64,000 bases of DNA from the NCBI GenBank assembly GCA_965178125.1, contig OZ237747.1, positions 434,001 to 498,000 of the forward strand, given 5' to 3'. The notes beneath the pieces were generated by a model, which saw nothing but the letters and a program-made list of their open reading frames with translations, made no database searches and was not told where the DNA came from. Each line of letters starts with the position of its first letter. Position 1 is the first letter of the stretch. The DNA comes from Bilabrum cf. latius. Taxonomy: Eukaryota. A program made the position numbers and the translations under genes. Shown here piece by piece: positions 37,801 through 50,591 of the stretch.

Positions 37801-38072
37801 GGCAATGTGCTTCTCTGTCTCGCCACGGCTGCTCCGTTGGGCAGAGATGGAAAAATAAGCATGAGCATATGAGCTGGGGGGGAAGTAGTATGTGGTGCAC
37901 CGGGGATGGAAAGAGCTGGGAATCGCTCACCTTCATGAAGATCGCACACGGAATCGTGCGGTTTTGCACGAACAGTAAAATTCTTCCCATCCAGAGTTTT
38001 GATTCTAAACTCTGTTCCAAAGCCTCCTGTCGAAGATGCCGCCTAGGCGGGCTCTGGCTCCGCCGAAGACAT
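31887..38072 (-). CDS. Ubiquitin-like + ankyrin-like + coiled-coil tandem-repeat protein, ~2027 aa; intron 37829-37930
   Basis: Spliced N-terminus FRIKTLDGKNFTVRAKPHDSVCDLHE|AVARQRSTLPSEMRLIYRGRAL...GSILHCV is ubiquitin-like. GCTALMMAAYSGC...LVQSGA...DDDGTPA is ankyrin-like. One frame with ~19 TAG. Ends TGA. Confidence 0.72.
33311..34520. repeat. Tandem array of about 10 near-identical 117-bp units encoding a 39-aa coiled-coil repeat (AEGSSSxDELRRELDASRARAGEMEQELAxAKAAHEQAV)
   Basis: Directly visible period of 117 bp. One unit has TAG (33903-33905) where the others have CAG. Confidence 0.97.
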
Positions 38073-38228
38073 GGCTAAGAGTGGCAACGTTGCTCGCTTG
38101 GCCAGTCGACCGCCAGTTGGCGAACAGCGTGACGAGGACAGGCTGATGAGAGGCCGCGTCCTGGTCAGTCTACGCACATTATCTGAATATGCTCTGGGCA
38201 TATAATCAATGTCAATTCAGTCCTAATA

Positions 38229-39467
38229 TCATACGCCTTCCAGCCGAATGAGCCCGTTTCTCTCCAGCAGTCGCAACAGCCTTCGCTTGTGCGGATCGGC
38301 CAGGGCTGTTCTGATCTGGTCGGGGTGCTGCCTGAGGTACTCCATGAGCTGCATCACCTGGGGATTGGACAGGATCTGCAGCAGCTGCTGGTCCGACAAC
38401 ACCTTTTGCACCTCGGGGTCATCCTTCGCTATCTTACCCTCTCGAGCCAACTTTGCAATGTCGGCTGCATCCGCGGAAGTCGCGCCCGGCGGTGGTCCCC
38501 CACCAGCCCCCCCAGTGCTACTGGATGCACCCGCGGCCCCGCTCATGCTGGCAGCCAGTGCACCCTGGCCCTGCCTACGGACCATCTCGCCCTTGTCTAT
38601 CTTGCGACTGGACCTAGCCACAAGACCGCTTCCGGCCGCCGCACCGGAGCTGCCTGCCGCTGGGTCCGGAGTAGCAGCGGCGCCGGAGGCTCCTGCTTTG
38701 GATTCCTTGAGCTCCTTTTCTCCCAGCTTGCTGAAATGCTCGCCCACGCTGCTCATGAACGCCTTCATGAAAGATTCTACCTTCTTATTCCCCTCGTATT
38801 TCTTCTTTGCTTCGGCTGGATTGCTCTTTAGCAGATCAAGCGCATGCTGGCATTCCGGGTCTGTCATGCCTTTCGCGAGAACAGGGTCGCTTTGAAGCTT
38901 TGACATGAAATCCTTCGTAAGCCATTCACCAGTCGCAAGTTTCTTTCCTTGTGGGCCTAGTGATTCCAACAACTTTGCTTGCACCTCTGGTATACGCAAG
39001 GAATCCGCGGCGGTGCCTGATGGCTTGACAACCTCTACGGGCTCCGATGGCTTGGAAGCGGACTCTGCAGGCGATGCATCCGGCACCCCAATCAATGACT
39101 TTTTCTTCGACTTCTTGTTAAAGAAACCGCCGCGAAGAAATCCCTTTGCCTTCACTTTCTTGGCTGGCTTGCTGCCTTTCGTAGAGCCTCGAGTTGCAGC
39201 TGCTGCCTTTCTGGCTTCAGCGAATGGTTTCTAGTCCGCCCTTTCCTGTTCCGCTTGTTTCATCTATTTCGTCTTGTCAGCCTCAGCGATCATCTGCTGC
39301 AACATGGAAGCGGGCTCCGGCCCGTCGCCATCGGATTCATCGCTGATCATGTCATCTGAATCACCCCCATCGTCCCCAGGAACTACCCATTTCCCTGTCT
39401 TCGGATCAAGCACCGCCTAATCTGATTCAAAAACGGCCGCAGAGCTTGGTACACCATCGCTTTCCAT
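38229..39467 (-). CDS. STI1/HOP DP-domain-containing protein, ~412 aa
   Basis: SDPVLAKGMTDPECQHALDLLKSNP and DDPEVQKVLSDQQLLQILSNPQVMQLMEYLRQHP...LERNGLIR DP motifs. Extended upstream through 3 TAGs to an ATG at 39467. Ends TGA. Confidence 0.7.
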
Positions 39468-39593
39468 TGTTGAAGCTAAAACTAGAATCTACGGCCGCTT
39501 TGCGGCTCCGCAGCGCACTGCAGCGCGCGGCGCCAGTTGCCGTTCGTTGCCGGTGTTCGGATGGTCGGGTTTATTGTCCCAAATTGCCCGTCA

Positions 39594-40364
39594 ATGGCAG
39601 CGGTATCAACCGGAAAGCGTCATGCGACTATGTCACTAGCTGGGGTGGACGACGAAAGCAAGATAATCCGATTGAAGATTCTGACGATGGGATCACAAGG
39701 TGTAGGCAAATCCTGCATCGTCAAGAGGTACTGTGAAGGACGCGTGAGCCCTTTAGATAGTTCTGTCTGATGAGGAAATACATGCACGCAACACCATGTC
39801 ACCGTACGTCGCCCTTGCTGGCACTGGCTACCGCAGTTCGTGCCCAAGTATATATGCACCATTGGCATCGACTTCGGTGTGAAACCGGTCAAAGTGCTCG
39901 GCAAGGAAGTAAGAGTAAACTTTTGGGACGTTTCAGGTCACAGGGCACTTCTGGATGTAAGAAATGAGTTCTACAGGGACGCAGAGGGGGCCGCTCTTGT
40001 GTTTGATGTCACTCGCAAGGAATCATTCGACGACCTTGACGCTTGGCTCAAAGAAGCTCGGGAGTCCGGCGCGAGCCGTCGCATGCCGTGCGTCCTATGC
40101 GCCAACCACGTAGATTTGACTGGCGGCCTCCCGCGAGCCGTCACTGAGGACCAAGGCCGCCGCTGGGCCAAGGACCACAACATGGCCTACTTCGAGACGA
40201 GCGCGGAGACGGGACAGGGCGTCTCGGATGCCCTCGAGGCACTCTTTGAGGCCTCTCTGCGCGCCAAGAATGCTAAGGCAAGCGCATCTGCCGGGGCTGC
40301 CTCTGAATCTTCGTCCTCGGGCGCGGCTGCAAGCGGGAGGAAGAGCGGCCGCAAGCGAAGGTGA
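39594..40364 (+). CDS. RJL-family (DNAJC27/Rbj-like, J-domain-less) small GTPase, ~225 aa; intron 39744-39836
   Basis: LKILTMGSQGVGKSCIVKRYCEGR|FVPKYICTIGIDFGVK...VNFWDVSGH...VRNEFY...CANHVD...YFETSA. The KRYCE and DxxGH motifs and the absence of a C-terminal prenylation Cys fit RJL. Confidence 0.85.
39744..39836 (+). other. Spliceosomal intron (GTGAGC...CCGCAG, 93 nt) in the RJL GTPase gene
   Basis: Removal joins KRYCEGR to FVPKY in frame and removes a TGA. Confidence 0.9.
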
Positions 40365-40525
40365 CAGGACCTCCCAATGCTAGCAATAGACCGGCACTAG
40401 GCAGGCAATATCGTCGCACTGCTAGCCAATGCATCGGATACATCGAAGAAGCGCTACCCCGAGGCCTGCATGGATGGGCCGATCCATCGCCTGCCTGCTG
40501 AGGGGCCTCCTCCCAGAGGGGACAA

Positions 40526-41361
40526 TCACCTGCGACGGCCAGCTGCCCCGCCTGCCCCCCTCCCGAGGCCCCCAAGCAGCGCCCCCATCGCAAGCAAGGA
40601 AGAGGGTTGGGATGATGAGGCGACACTGCTCGTCGACTGGGGCAACGGCACGCGGGCAGAGGCATGCGCAGTGGCGAATCCGGAGTGCTTCTAGTTGCCC
40701 CTACCCCTGCCCCCACCCCTGCGCTATCCATTGCTGGCGCTGGTAGCACTCATGCGGCTCGAAGCTGTGGCTAGACCCACCTGCGCCCCACGAGGTCTTC
40801 CCCCAGGCCGTGCAGGTCCTCCCCCCAGCGCGCCACGGATGGCATCGAACGGGCTGGGAGCCGCCACCTAGTTCCCCTCATGGCCGCGCAGCTGTGGCAC
40901 CCGACCCGAGGCAATTCCGCCGCGTTTGCCGCGCTTGCTGGGAGCAGAGGAGGCAATCAATGGAGCATGGTTGCTTTTCTAAAAAGAGTGGGCGCTGCCA
41001 TTGCCGCCTAGTCTGGGTAGCCGAGGCTGTGGCTGCGGTGCCACAGGATGACTTTGGGAGGACTGATCCTCGTTGGCCAGCTCTGGCGGGCACTGTGGCT
41101 CCGCTTGGGACGGGTGAATCGCAGAGCGCTGCCCGACAACTTCTTTTCTCCTTCTTTTTCTCTTCGGAATATCTGGATCGCGGCTTGGATGCACGCTTTG
41201 CTTGAGGCTGCCGCCCTGCCTGTACCGCGTGCCGCAGAGAGTGCACAAGACAGCCTGCGATGCAATATGGAAGGCAATCCAGGGCGCACCTGCTGGCTGG
41301 TGATTGTTAAAGTTGCTTGAAATTTGACCTTCGGACCCACCTGAATAATGAAAGGGCCCAT
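40526..41361 (-). CDS. Hypothetical basic Gly/Arg-rich protein, ~253 aa; probable intron 41216-41289
   Basis: MGPFIIQVGPKVKFQATLTITSQQ|GGSLKQ...KRKRRRK. The frame stays open with 4 TAG and ends TGA. No recognisable domain. Confidence 0.4.
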
Positions 41362-41923
41362 TTTGCTCTGTTTGGAGGCCGCTCTGCGTCGCCTGGCCCG
41401 ACTGAAAGCAGCCGACTCAGCTGGCTTCAAACAGCGAGGGCAATGCCCGTATCTTGTGCTTCTACTATGTCGCTATGAATGTGTGGAGGATATGATCCCC
41501 TCCAGCGAAGCCCTGCGAATAAAGTGCTCGGGCGTTGTTCACTCATCCCATTCGTTCACCAAAACTTGCGGTACTATCTCAGCTGCGTACCGAGTCTCAC
41601 GCGTGCCAGCTGGAGCATCCAATCGATGCATTGAGGTGAGACTCCTTCAGAGCCGAGTGTAGCTGCACTGCTAGGTCTTGCATGCGCTGAAATGAAATGT
41701 GTCGAACTGCAACTTGCCCTTGACGTTCTCCCCAAACGCGACAAATACGCCAGTCACAACCAACGATAATAAGCGACTTGCGAGAAATTTGAAGGGATCC
41801 GTGACACCGGCTTGAAGTGCTCCATGTTCCAGTGGCTCGTCGAATCAGGCGGGCGATCCGAGTTGTTGGCAGCCCACGTCGTTTATTGCGTTGTTTGTCG
41901 TGATATAGCAACACCTTCAAGCA

Positions 41924-44316
41924 ATGTCAATGCGCCTAGCCACCATACATGATATAGTAAGCTGCTGCAGGATTAGCAGTTGACCATGCCAGTGGATTCG
42001 TCAGTTGCACCACGAGCCATCTCACTTCTGTTGCTCCCGCAGGAAATGCTTGTGGCAATCACCAAAAAGCCACGCTTCTTTTTCATTGATATCAGCGACT
42101 TGAAATTCTCGAAAGATCAGGAGATTATATTGTAGTAGGCCATCATACAGGATACGGGCGATATGAAAGTGGTACAACTCCGAAACACAAACCTAGATCC
42201 GGTAGCTCTCATCGCACGCACCCCTGATCCAACTACGGACCAAGGGAGTGAAGAGACGACTCAGCAGGCGCGTCCTTATCCCGATGGGCTTGTCCTTGGG
42301 TGTGAGAGCTCAGCATGCCCAACGCAATCCCGAGGAATCCACCGGCTCCAGCTCGGAGACTGGCTTGATCGGCAGCGAGACTAGCAGAAAGTACTTTTGG
42401 AGCAAGTCAACCTTTATGAACTCTAGATAACAAGTTGTAATATGGGGTGGGATGAACCTGATGAGTTGAAGGCCTTCGTAGCCTCAGTGCGCCGCGCGAA
42501 ACACCTCGCTTGCCTTCACTTGACTGGAGATAACAACATCCACTACACCACCGCAACAGCGATCATCAGGGCGGCTGGGTACAGCCAGCTGAGAAGCCTA
42601 GTCGTTGAGGGTATTGGAGAAGACGGCACTGAATTGTCAGAGCAGACAGAGGACTCGGAGGGTATCGACTAGATCTAGTCGGCAGGCGAAATCTCCACCT
42701 CGGCCGCCGAAGTCGAGCACCGACTAGTTGCCGAAGTCGAGCCCGGTGGCGGCGATGCTCTCGCGAGCCCTGACGAATCTCCACCGGGTATGCGCCTCGT
42801 ACATGTCATGAAGGCGGTCAGAGATGCCATGTGCAGGTCGAATGTGCTCCGTGATGTCGAGCTCGGGCTGGCAGTGTCAGAAGCGCTACCTGTCCCAGCC
42901 AGCCTGCTGCTAGCCGAGGGGCTCGCTGGCAGCAGGTCGATCCGCAGGTTCCGAATGTACGACTGGAACATCGGAGAAGAAGGGGGGGCCGCCATAGGTC
43001 GGAGTCTAGGGAGAAACGCAAGCCTGATTGCGCTCGACCTGTCGCGCTGCAGTCTGGGTGACGCAACCGCCCTGGCGATTGCAGATGGTCTCCGGTAGAA
43101 TTGTACGCTGCAGTTTTTGGGCCTGTCCTCGAATCGTATAAGCGATGAAGGGGGCTGTGCCATTGTGGATTCATTGATAGAATCGAACCGCGGGGTAGCT
43201 CATCTGAACCTGGACCACAACGACATGGGTATGGCAACGGCAACAGAGATCTGCAAGGCGATTCGGTCAGCTGCTGGCCGCTTGAATGTGAAGTTTCGGC
43301 ATAATAGTGGCGGCGGTCTCTGTGAGATTGCAGAGGCGATGAGAGGTGTGTTTGGGACGAATGGGTGCTCGTCGCCTTGGGACATTGACTGGGCCGAGCG
43401 AGTCCAAGCAGCGGTTCACGCATCAAGACATGTTGCCTCCGAACCTAAGATTATCACAGAAGACGCCTTATGTGACGCAATAACCGCCTGCTTCAATCTA
43501 CCGCGGGGAGGCTTTGTCTTGGATGATCTGGCTATGCAGCTATACACGCATTGGGTGCTGCAGATGCTAGCAATGCTTGGGACCTCAGCGTTCCTGCAGT
43601 TAGCAGAGGACGATGGCGACAGCAGCGAGAGCAGTGCACGAAAGTTGGCTTCCTTGCTTGCAATGCTGCTTGAATTGTATCGATTGTGCGTGGGTGCCAT
43701 GTGCGGTCTGCATCAACACGGAAAGGTCTAGAAGCTGCCTGACCTGACCTGTGGTCTCTGGGGCCTTGCTGGCTTGCGGTCATTGCGTGGCATCACTCAT
43801 GCTCGGCATGGGTGCGTTGGCTGGGCTGATATCATGTCTGAGTACAATGATCACTTGTTTCGCTTCAGGATTCCCATGCTGCAGATCATCGGTGGCTTTG
43901 CTGAGGAAGGACTGATCGGCTGGGCGGATGGCTTGCTGCGGCGAGGGGTACTGACTGCGGCAACTGCTGCTGGTAGAGGAAGTGGTGCCTATTCGTGCGC
44001 GCAAGCCAGGCTCTCTGAGGTGGTCGATATGCTTGGGGGGATATGTGCTGCACGGCGCCGCGAGATTGTCAGGTTCCGCCACGCTTCGGATGCACGCCGT
44101 GATGCTTCGATGGTGTTCAAGGCAGCAGCCGAGGGGAGGCCGCTTGAGCTCGCGAAGAGACTGAGGCTGGGAAAGCTTGCCGGTGGCTTGGAGAGAAAAG
44201 GGATCTTGGTGAATGAAACGGGGCAGGCGCAGGCGGTGACTCCTCTTGAAGCGGCGCGACTTGGAGGGCACACGGACTGCATAGAGCTGTTGGAAGGCCT
44301 AGCCGGGTTAAAGTGA
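41924..44316 (+). CDS. RNI-like leucine-rich repeat protein with a C-terminal ankyrin-like motif, ~768 aa; probable intron 41957-42042
   Basis: NASLIALDLSRCSLGD, LR(Q)NCTLQFLGLSSNRISDEGG, VAHLNLDHNDMG repeats, and C-terminal TPLEAARLGGHTDCIELL. One frame with 8 TAG. Ends TGA. Confidence 0.75.
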
Positions 44317-44415
44317 TGTGCGATCATGTGTTGATGCGAGGCGAGGAGAAGCAGCGATAGCCAGATAATGGGAAAATATTCTGGGGCAACTCAATCAAGA
44401 ACCGCAGCAAGCTTG

Positions 44416-47400
44416 TCACTACCCCAGGTGCTTCCGAGCTGCCGCTGCGGCTGCCCTCGTGGGTCGCCGACTCGCCCGTCCAGCGCGCTACCTGTTGGCT
44501 TTCGTCGCATCATCGAAAGCCTATTCATCCATCGAATCTTGTCTACTTCGCGCTGCCGAACCGTTTCCTGCACTGTGCATAGCTCCATCGGAATCAGCGA
44601 CAGATACGAGAGCAGAGCTGCCTGATGACGACTCACCCCGCACCCGAGCACTCCTACGGGGTCTAGTGCCGCCGCTCGATGCTGGCCGTAACCTGTTCGT
44701 GCTGCCATGCGTACCTCCTTGCATCAGCGCATTCTTCACGGCGGCACTAGCGAAGGAGCCCCCAGCATCGGAAGATGCACCGCTCGTCAGTCCGCCTACT
44801 GATGACGTCCTTGCCGCGGAAGATGGATTGCCTTCCGGGTTCATTGCACCAGCCGCTGTGCCCTGTACAGCAGCCCCTTCGCTCACGCAGCTCCCGGCTG
44901 AAGGGCTAAACATATCCTCCAATGGAGCGCTGCGGTCAGCCTGGCCAGCGGCAGGTGCGTCTAGCTGTTGGCCTGCCGCGCGAAGCTTGGCAGGCCGGCC
45001 AGGTGACAGAGGCGTTGCTTCGGCAGTGCCAGCTGCTGCTTGCAGGTCTGGGCCACTGGCAAACATGGGATCAGGGACTTCGAGCTCTTCAGGCGCAGCC
45101 CTCCGCGGAGCGACCCTGTGCTTGGACTCCCCTGCCCTGCTGCGGCGGTGCATAGGCCGAGATGCACTGGCGCTCAACAAACTGATCGGGTGGCTCCTCA
45201 GCTCAGCCAGAGTCGGGCTGCCCTGCTGCCTGCCTGATGAGCTCGCTGTGCCGAGTTGCTGTCTGCTTGAAGCAGCGCGATGGCGAGCCATTCCTCTCGC
45301 AGGCGAAGTCTGGTCGGCCAGGGGTGACCTGGCTTTTCTGGGCTGCATGCCGAGTAAGCCGTCGCCTGGCTGGTCAGATGCTGCTCCAGACCACTCCCCA
45401 CTTCCCGGGGCATCTGCGTGATCTAGCGTGTCCCCTGGCAGGAGAGACTCGGCTGGCTGCCGCATGCGAGCCATCAGAGGGGACACGAGGGCTGACCGAG
45501 CGGCAGATTTGCTGGCGGACTTGCTCGTGGCGGCGCGACGGCTCTCGCTGCCGGGAGACTAGAAGCGACCACCGCTGCGCCGGGTCTGCTGGCCAGCCGA
45601 TCGAAGGGGTGATGTGTACGACGGCCGTGTCCTTCGCACAGTGCTTGCAGGTGACCGAGGCCCAGACGCTTCACTTTCCTTCTGGTATCGAGCGAGAGAG
45701 TTGTTCATGCTCCCGGCCGGGATGGTAGACGCAGCACCAACAGATCCAGTAACACCCTGGCCATTCTAAGAACTGCCATTCGATGCAGGCGCCGCGTTGG
45801 TCGTGGGATTTCCGCTTCCAGCACCACCACGAGCCAACTGCGGTGACGAAATGCCCAGCATGCTCAGCATTGCGTCCAGACCGCCAGTGAATCCAATTTG
45901 GCCCCTCCTGTGCGATTTACCGGCCGCAAGATGCTGCCGGATGGCCAGTGGTGTCGCCTGCACATCGATGGTCGATTGGTTGTCATTGGAAGCACGCGAG
46001 GCAGCCCCTGGAGATTGGCGCGCCGATCCGCGAGCAGATTGCCTGCACCCCTCCGGGCTCTGTGCAACACCGCCGCCGAGGAGCCCGACGTCCCTGCGTC
46101 TACGCTTGGAGTCTCCCTGCCCCGCAGCGCCACCCAAGTTGCCGACTGCGCGCTGCTGCTTCCGCCTCTTCACCCGGGCCTCCTGCTCCTCCTGGGCGCG
46201 TTCCTGTTCCCGACGCTTCCTCTTCCTGCTTGCTCGCATGGACACTGTCGGCAGCTGGTGCAAGCCGATGCCAATGGCAGCTGCCGCAAAGCCGCGCTAA
46301 ATCGCTACCGTTGGCGCTTTGCCAGCTCTTCTCGTGTCGGCAGATGTTCTCCCCACCGCATCCATGCTGCTGCTGCTGCCGCTGGCAGCAGCCTGGATGT
46401 CCATCGATCTTTCAGAGGCCAGCAGTGCCTCAGACTCGCGGCGCAGCTCGTCGATATCGGCGGATAGCAGCGAATCCGCCTGGCTCGGCAAGTTGCTGCG
46501 TGGGTTCTCCCCGATGCTGGCTGACCCCTGCGAAGATGCCCGAAGGTTGTGCTTCCCATCCGACACGCGCCCGCTGCGTCCGCTCGACCCACTGAGTTCT
46601 CCGGTGCCAGTACCATGGCGACTAGGGTCTATCGCATCGAAAATTGCCGGGCGGCTGTCTGCGATAATTGCCCCGACATCAAGCTCATCTTCACCCGCGC
46701 TGCTAGGCCTTGACTGCCCTTTGTGGCGTGGAGGTCTCCCGCCCGTCCCACTAGCGCGAGCAGCAGCGGACCCTGAATTGCTTGCCGCCGAACCAGCATG
46801 TCCAGAGCTCGCTGCAAGCCTGGCCAGCTCTGCAGGCACCCGCAGTCGACATACGTCAAGCAGCAAAGAGCACGTCCTCGGGACGCGAGCTCCACACGGC
46901 TGCACCAGCACGCGCTGCGCAAACCACTCCCCTGGAGATGCAGTGACTGGCCTGGACCTCATGAAAGGAAGGGCCCGCTCAGCCAGTCTCTCCACGCCAG
47001 CACGAAGTACCACGAATCGGGTGGTCCGCACGAGCTACTGCCAATCGCTGTCCGGCATGTCGTCGCGGCATGACGCACGAAGTGAGCTACCGGAATGCTA
47101 GGTATCACCCGGCGCGCTGGTCGCAGCGACTCCCTCGGACCACATCATGCAGAGAGCCTGGAGTGCCTTGCTGCGCATCATGATCGCATGTGCCTCCTGC
47201 TCGGCAAGCCTGGCTGCCTCCTGAGAAATTGCCTCGAGCCGCAAAGGCCCAACAGCAGCGGCAGCCTCAGCAGCAGCGGTTGACTTGGATCCCTGCAGCG
47301 CCAACTAGAGATGGTCCGCATGAATCGCTTGGTGTTTCGGGCTCGATGCCACCGGGTCGTCACCCGAGCTTGCTGATGATAAGCCTACGGGGACAGGTAC

Positions 47401-50371
47401 TGATGGAACTCCAACAACTGATGACTATTCATTGATAGTGTCTGCCTCCCGCGTGCACAGCTACCGCTCGAAATCGCGGGCGGCTAGCTTCTGTAGACCA
47501 CCCATAATCTCAGCACTCCTACCATCGGTCATCAGCACGTCACTCTTGATAAACTTTACCAGCACGAGTGCGGCAGCCTTGCTGACGGGGTGCAAAGGGT
47601 CGGGAGCACCGGACGAGGCAGGTGCATCGGAAACAACGGTCGATTGGGCATTGAAGCGCATCTCCTGAAAGGCGGGCTCGGACCGCTTCAACCACCGCTA
47701 CGTGTCTCCGTCCGGAGCAGGACACCAGGGGGCTATGCGGGTCTTGCTGGCTGCCCGCAACAGAGGGCCTAGGCTACCTTTCATCTGGGCAACCACATCA
47801 CACGATGGAAGCTGCATGACTGGCGTCTTTCCACCAGATATCGCCTCTGCGCGTGAAGAGGCATCAGTGCTGCAGAGCTAACACGCGGCAGCATCTAAAG
47901 CCAAGATGAGCGAGCGCTACACTACCGCAAACGTTCGAAACAAGCAAGACGCCCCCGCAACGCCAGGATCAAAGGCAGTGTCGAGTGGTCGCAGCTGACT
48001 CTCAACAAGCATGGACACGCCAGTCTGTTCAAGTACCGACTGCTTCAAGCATATTAAAGCTCGCTGCGCGTCGGGGGGAAGCTTGCCCACCCACGACTTT
48101 GCCTGGCGAGATAGCTCCACAGCGGCATGACAGGCAGCTAGTGGCCACTCCTTGCCAATCTATGCGCACTCAATCGTCTCCATAGGATTATGCACCTTAT
48201 CAGAAGCAGCAATGCCACGTGCAGCTGGCGAACTGCGTGCCGACGAGTGAGGCTAGCCTGCAGCAGCAGGAGCTTTGCCGTTGCTTGGCATTGCACTCGT
48301 AGCCATCGCGGTCACGGTCCTTTGTGCACGGGCAATTTCGCTCCAATTCCGTCCGCGAAAGGAGGCCAACGACTAACGTAAGTCTGTTGCGCTGGCGACG
48401 GGCATCTGATCAGGGGCTGTATCAGCACCACTGAGCGCTCGCTTCAATGCCAGCCATTTTGACTCGGACACCTTGTGCAGCTTGGCAGATCCAGTTCGGT
48501 TCACATAACCTACCAAGTGCCATGTAGGTGTGTCACCAGAACCTGGACTATCTGGTGCAGCGCTGATACCGCTGGCAACACCGTCAGACGTTGGTCTCTC
48601 GACTTGCAGTGTTGCGAATGCCCGCATTGGCGCAACATCGAAGGGCGATCCGCCCGGCAATCCCAAGCGGATCGAAAAGCCGCACGGTGACGAGTGACAA
48701 GTGGAATCGAAGGCCGCCGCTGCAGCATGTGAGCACACACCTGGCGCGATAGATCGCATTCGCAGGACTGCTCCGCTATTGAGAGCCCCCCCCCACACTG
48801 CCCTGACAACGCCTGCAAGACGAACGCCAGACGGTCCATCGCTGCTTCCCCCTTCTGCGCTGGCATGTGTGCTACCACCAGAAAGAAAGCTTACTTTCAA
48901 TTTAGCGTCCGAATCTGCCACATGCGCCACTAGCACCGTTGCCGCTCCCGGTTCTAGCAGTACCGGGAGCGACGGCAGCTGCTCTGAACCAGCAACGCCC
49001 GAGGATGATTTGCCCAACGCTGCGGACGGCCCTGATGCCTGCCGCGCTCCGGCAATCCGCACCGCCTCGCTGCCGTCCCAGGGTGCAAGAAGCTCGCGCA
49101 GGCGGACGCCGTGCATTCCTGCGCATCCCCGAACGCACCGGAGAAACTCGTCATTGGAATTTGCATCATGGTGCTGCTGCAACTCACTTTCTGATGAGTC
49201 CTATCGGATAACGCTCGGTACGGCTGGGCCTGGTGAAGACTCGCCACTTGCCTTGCCAATACTGCTGCTGCGGCTGGAGTGGAGGCCAGAAGCGCCGTCA
49301 CTGACCTGCACGCCTGGCAGCGAGCTGGATGCTGCCGGCCCCGCTCTCTTCCCAACATCTAACCCCACATCCACGCATACTAATCGGGTTGACCCCCCTC
49401 TTGACCGCAGCAAATCTTGCATGAGACACTGCCGCACGGCTCCCTAGGTCTCAGGGCGCCAGAGCGAGCCAAGCTCACCTGCACCTTTGCGCTTCTTGCT
49501 GGAAGTGGAAGCCGCAACAGACTCAACCCCCAAAGGCCCTAGCCCTGCCCAAACCCTTGCTGTGGCTTCTACTTGGGGCACCTAGGTAAGCAGTACGATG
49601 GTGTGTCGCCCAAAGGCAGGCTGGCCAGCAGCCTTCATGCCTCTGCACAGCGTGTAGAAGTCTGCCTGCGCCTCCTGGATGGCCTGGCGCACCACCGCGC
49701 CCGCGTGGAGACGAGGAGATGCACACTGCTTTGAAACCTGCTCTAAATGCAGATCCAGGGGCTTTGCCTGCCGAGGTGGCTTGCGGTCTCTCCGTGCGCG
49801 GCGTCGCTGCAGCGCGACGCTGCGAGCAGCCCAACGACTCTGGGCAAGCGCACCTGCCTCGAATACAGCTTTGGGCAACTGTGCCAACTGCTCCCCCACT
49901 TGATTTACTTCGAGTGGGAGGCCTGCATGGGATGGTCGCAGTTCTGGCGAAACTGCAGGCCAGCAGCGTCTCAACTCGGCAGCTAACGTCTTGCAGGAGT
50001 CCCCAACCTGCTTGCCGGAGGCCTGGAGAGAGGCCATCAAACCCGTCAAAGAATCAATTCTAACCCTCAGTGAGGATGGTGCCAGCATTACACTCGTATT
50101 AGAGCAAAATGGGAGGATCCTGCGGTAGCAAATTCCAAGCAACCAACCGAGCAGGAAATATGGTCAGGATGGAAAGACAAAGGCAAACCACAGGCCATCA
50201 AATCCTACTCTCTCACCTAACGAGCTCTTGACTATCAGGATTTGCAGCAATGAATGCATTTACAGCATGTTGCATGATATTTCCCGGCGAAAAATTGTCG
50301 CCTTGTCCATGACGAGGGTTTGCCAAGCATTCACAGTCTACTAAGAACGTCAACACAGATCTGTCTCCCAT
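44416..50371 (-). CDS. Hypothetical ~1952-aa protein (possibly Treslin/TICRR-like: vWA-like N-terminus, SP/TP-rich basic disordered C-terminus); intron 50120-50216
   Basis: About 5.7 kb in a single frame with ~20 TAG and no internal TAA/TGA. A GTGAGA...CCGCAG intron removes an in-frame TGA. The family call is a tentative by-eye resemblance only. Confidence 0.6.
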
Positions 50372-50591
50372 TATTCACAAACAAAGTATATCAGCAAAAT
50401 GTAAGCATCATACAAGCAGTATTATCTACTAAGTCATGGTGGTATGGCTGACTTGTCGAAAGCTTTGAATCGGATGGGCGCTGCGCACCATTGCGGAACA
50501 ATATTTTTTGTTGCGTCATGTTCCAGATTAGTAAACCAGAGAGCCAGACCTCCGTCAAGTGACCATTCTGATCGCTGTGGAGCACACCGCC

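Noticed and set aside
39744-39836. Hammerhead-like CTGATGAG-GAAA in the RJL intron
   Set aside because: There is no stem II between the core segments and no convincing flanking stems.
44416-44421. TAG close to the terminal TGA (also 5845 and 31899) as evidence of position-dependent stop/sense ambiguity
   Set aside because: Three cases in about 20 genes is near chance given the TAG frequency. The near-terminal TAG at 61743 aligns to Gln in the paralog.
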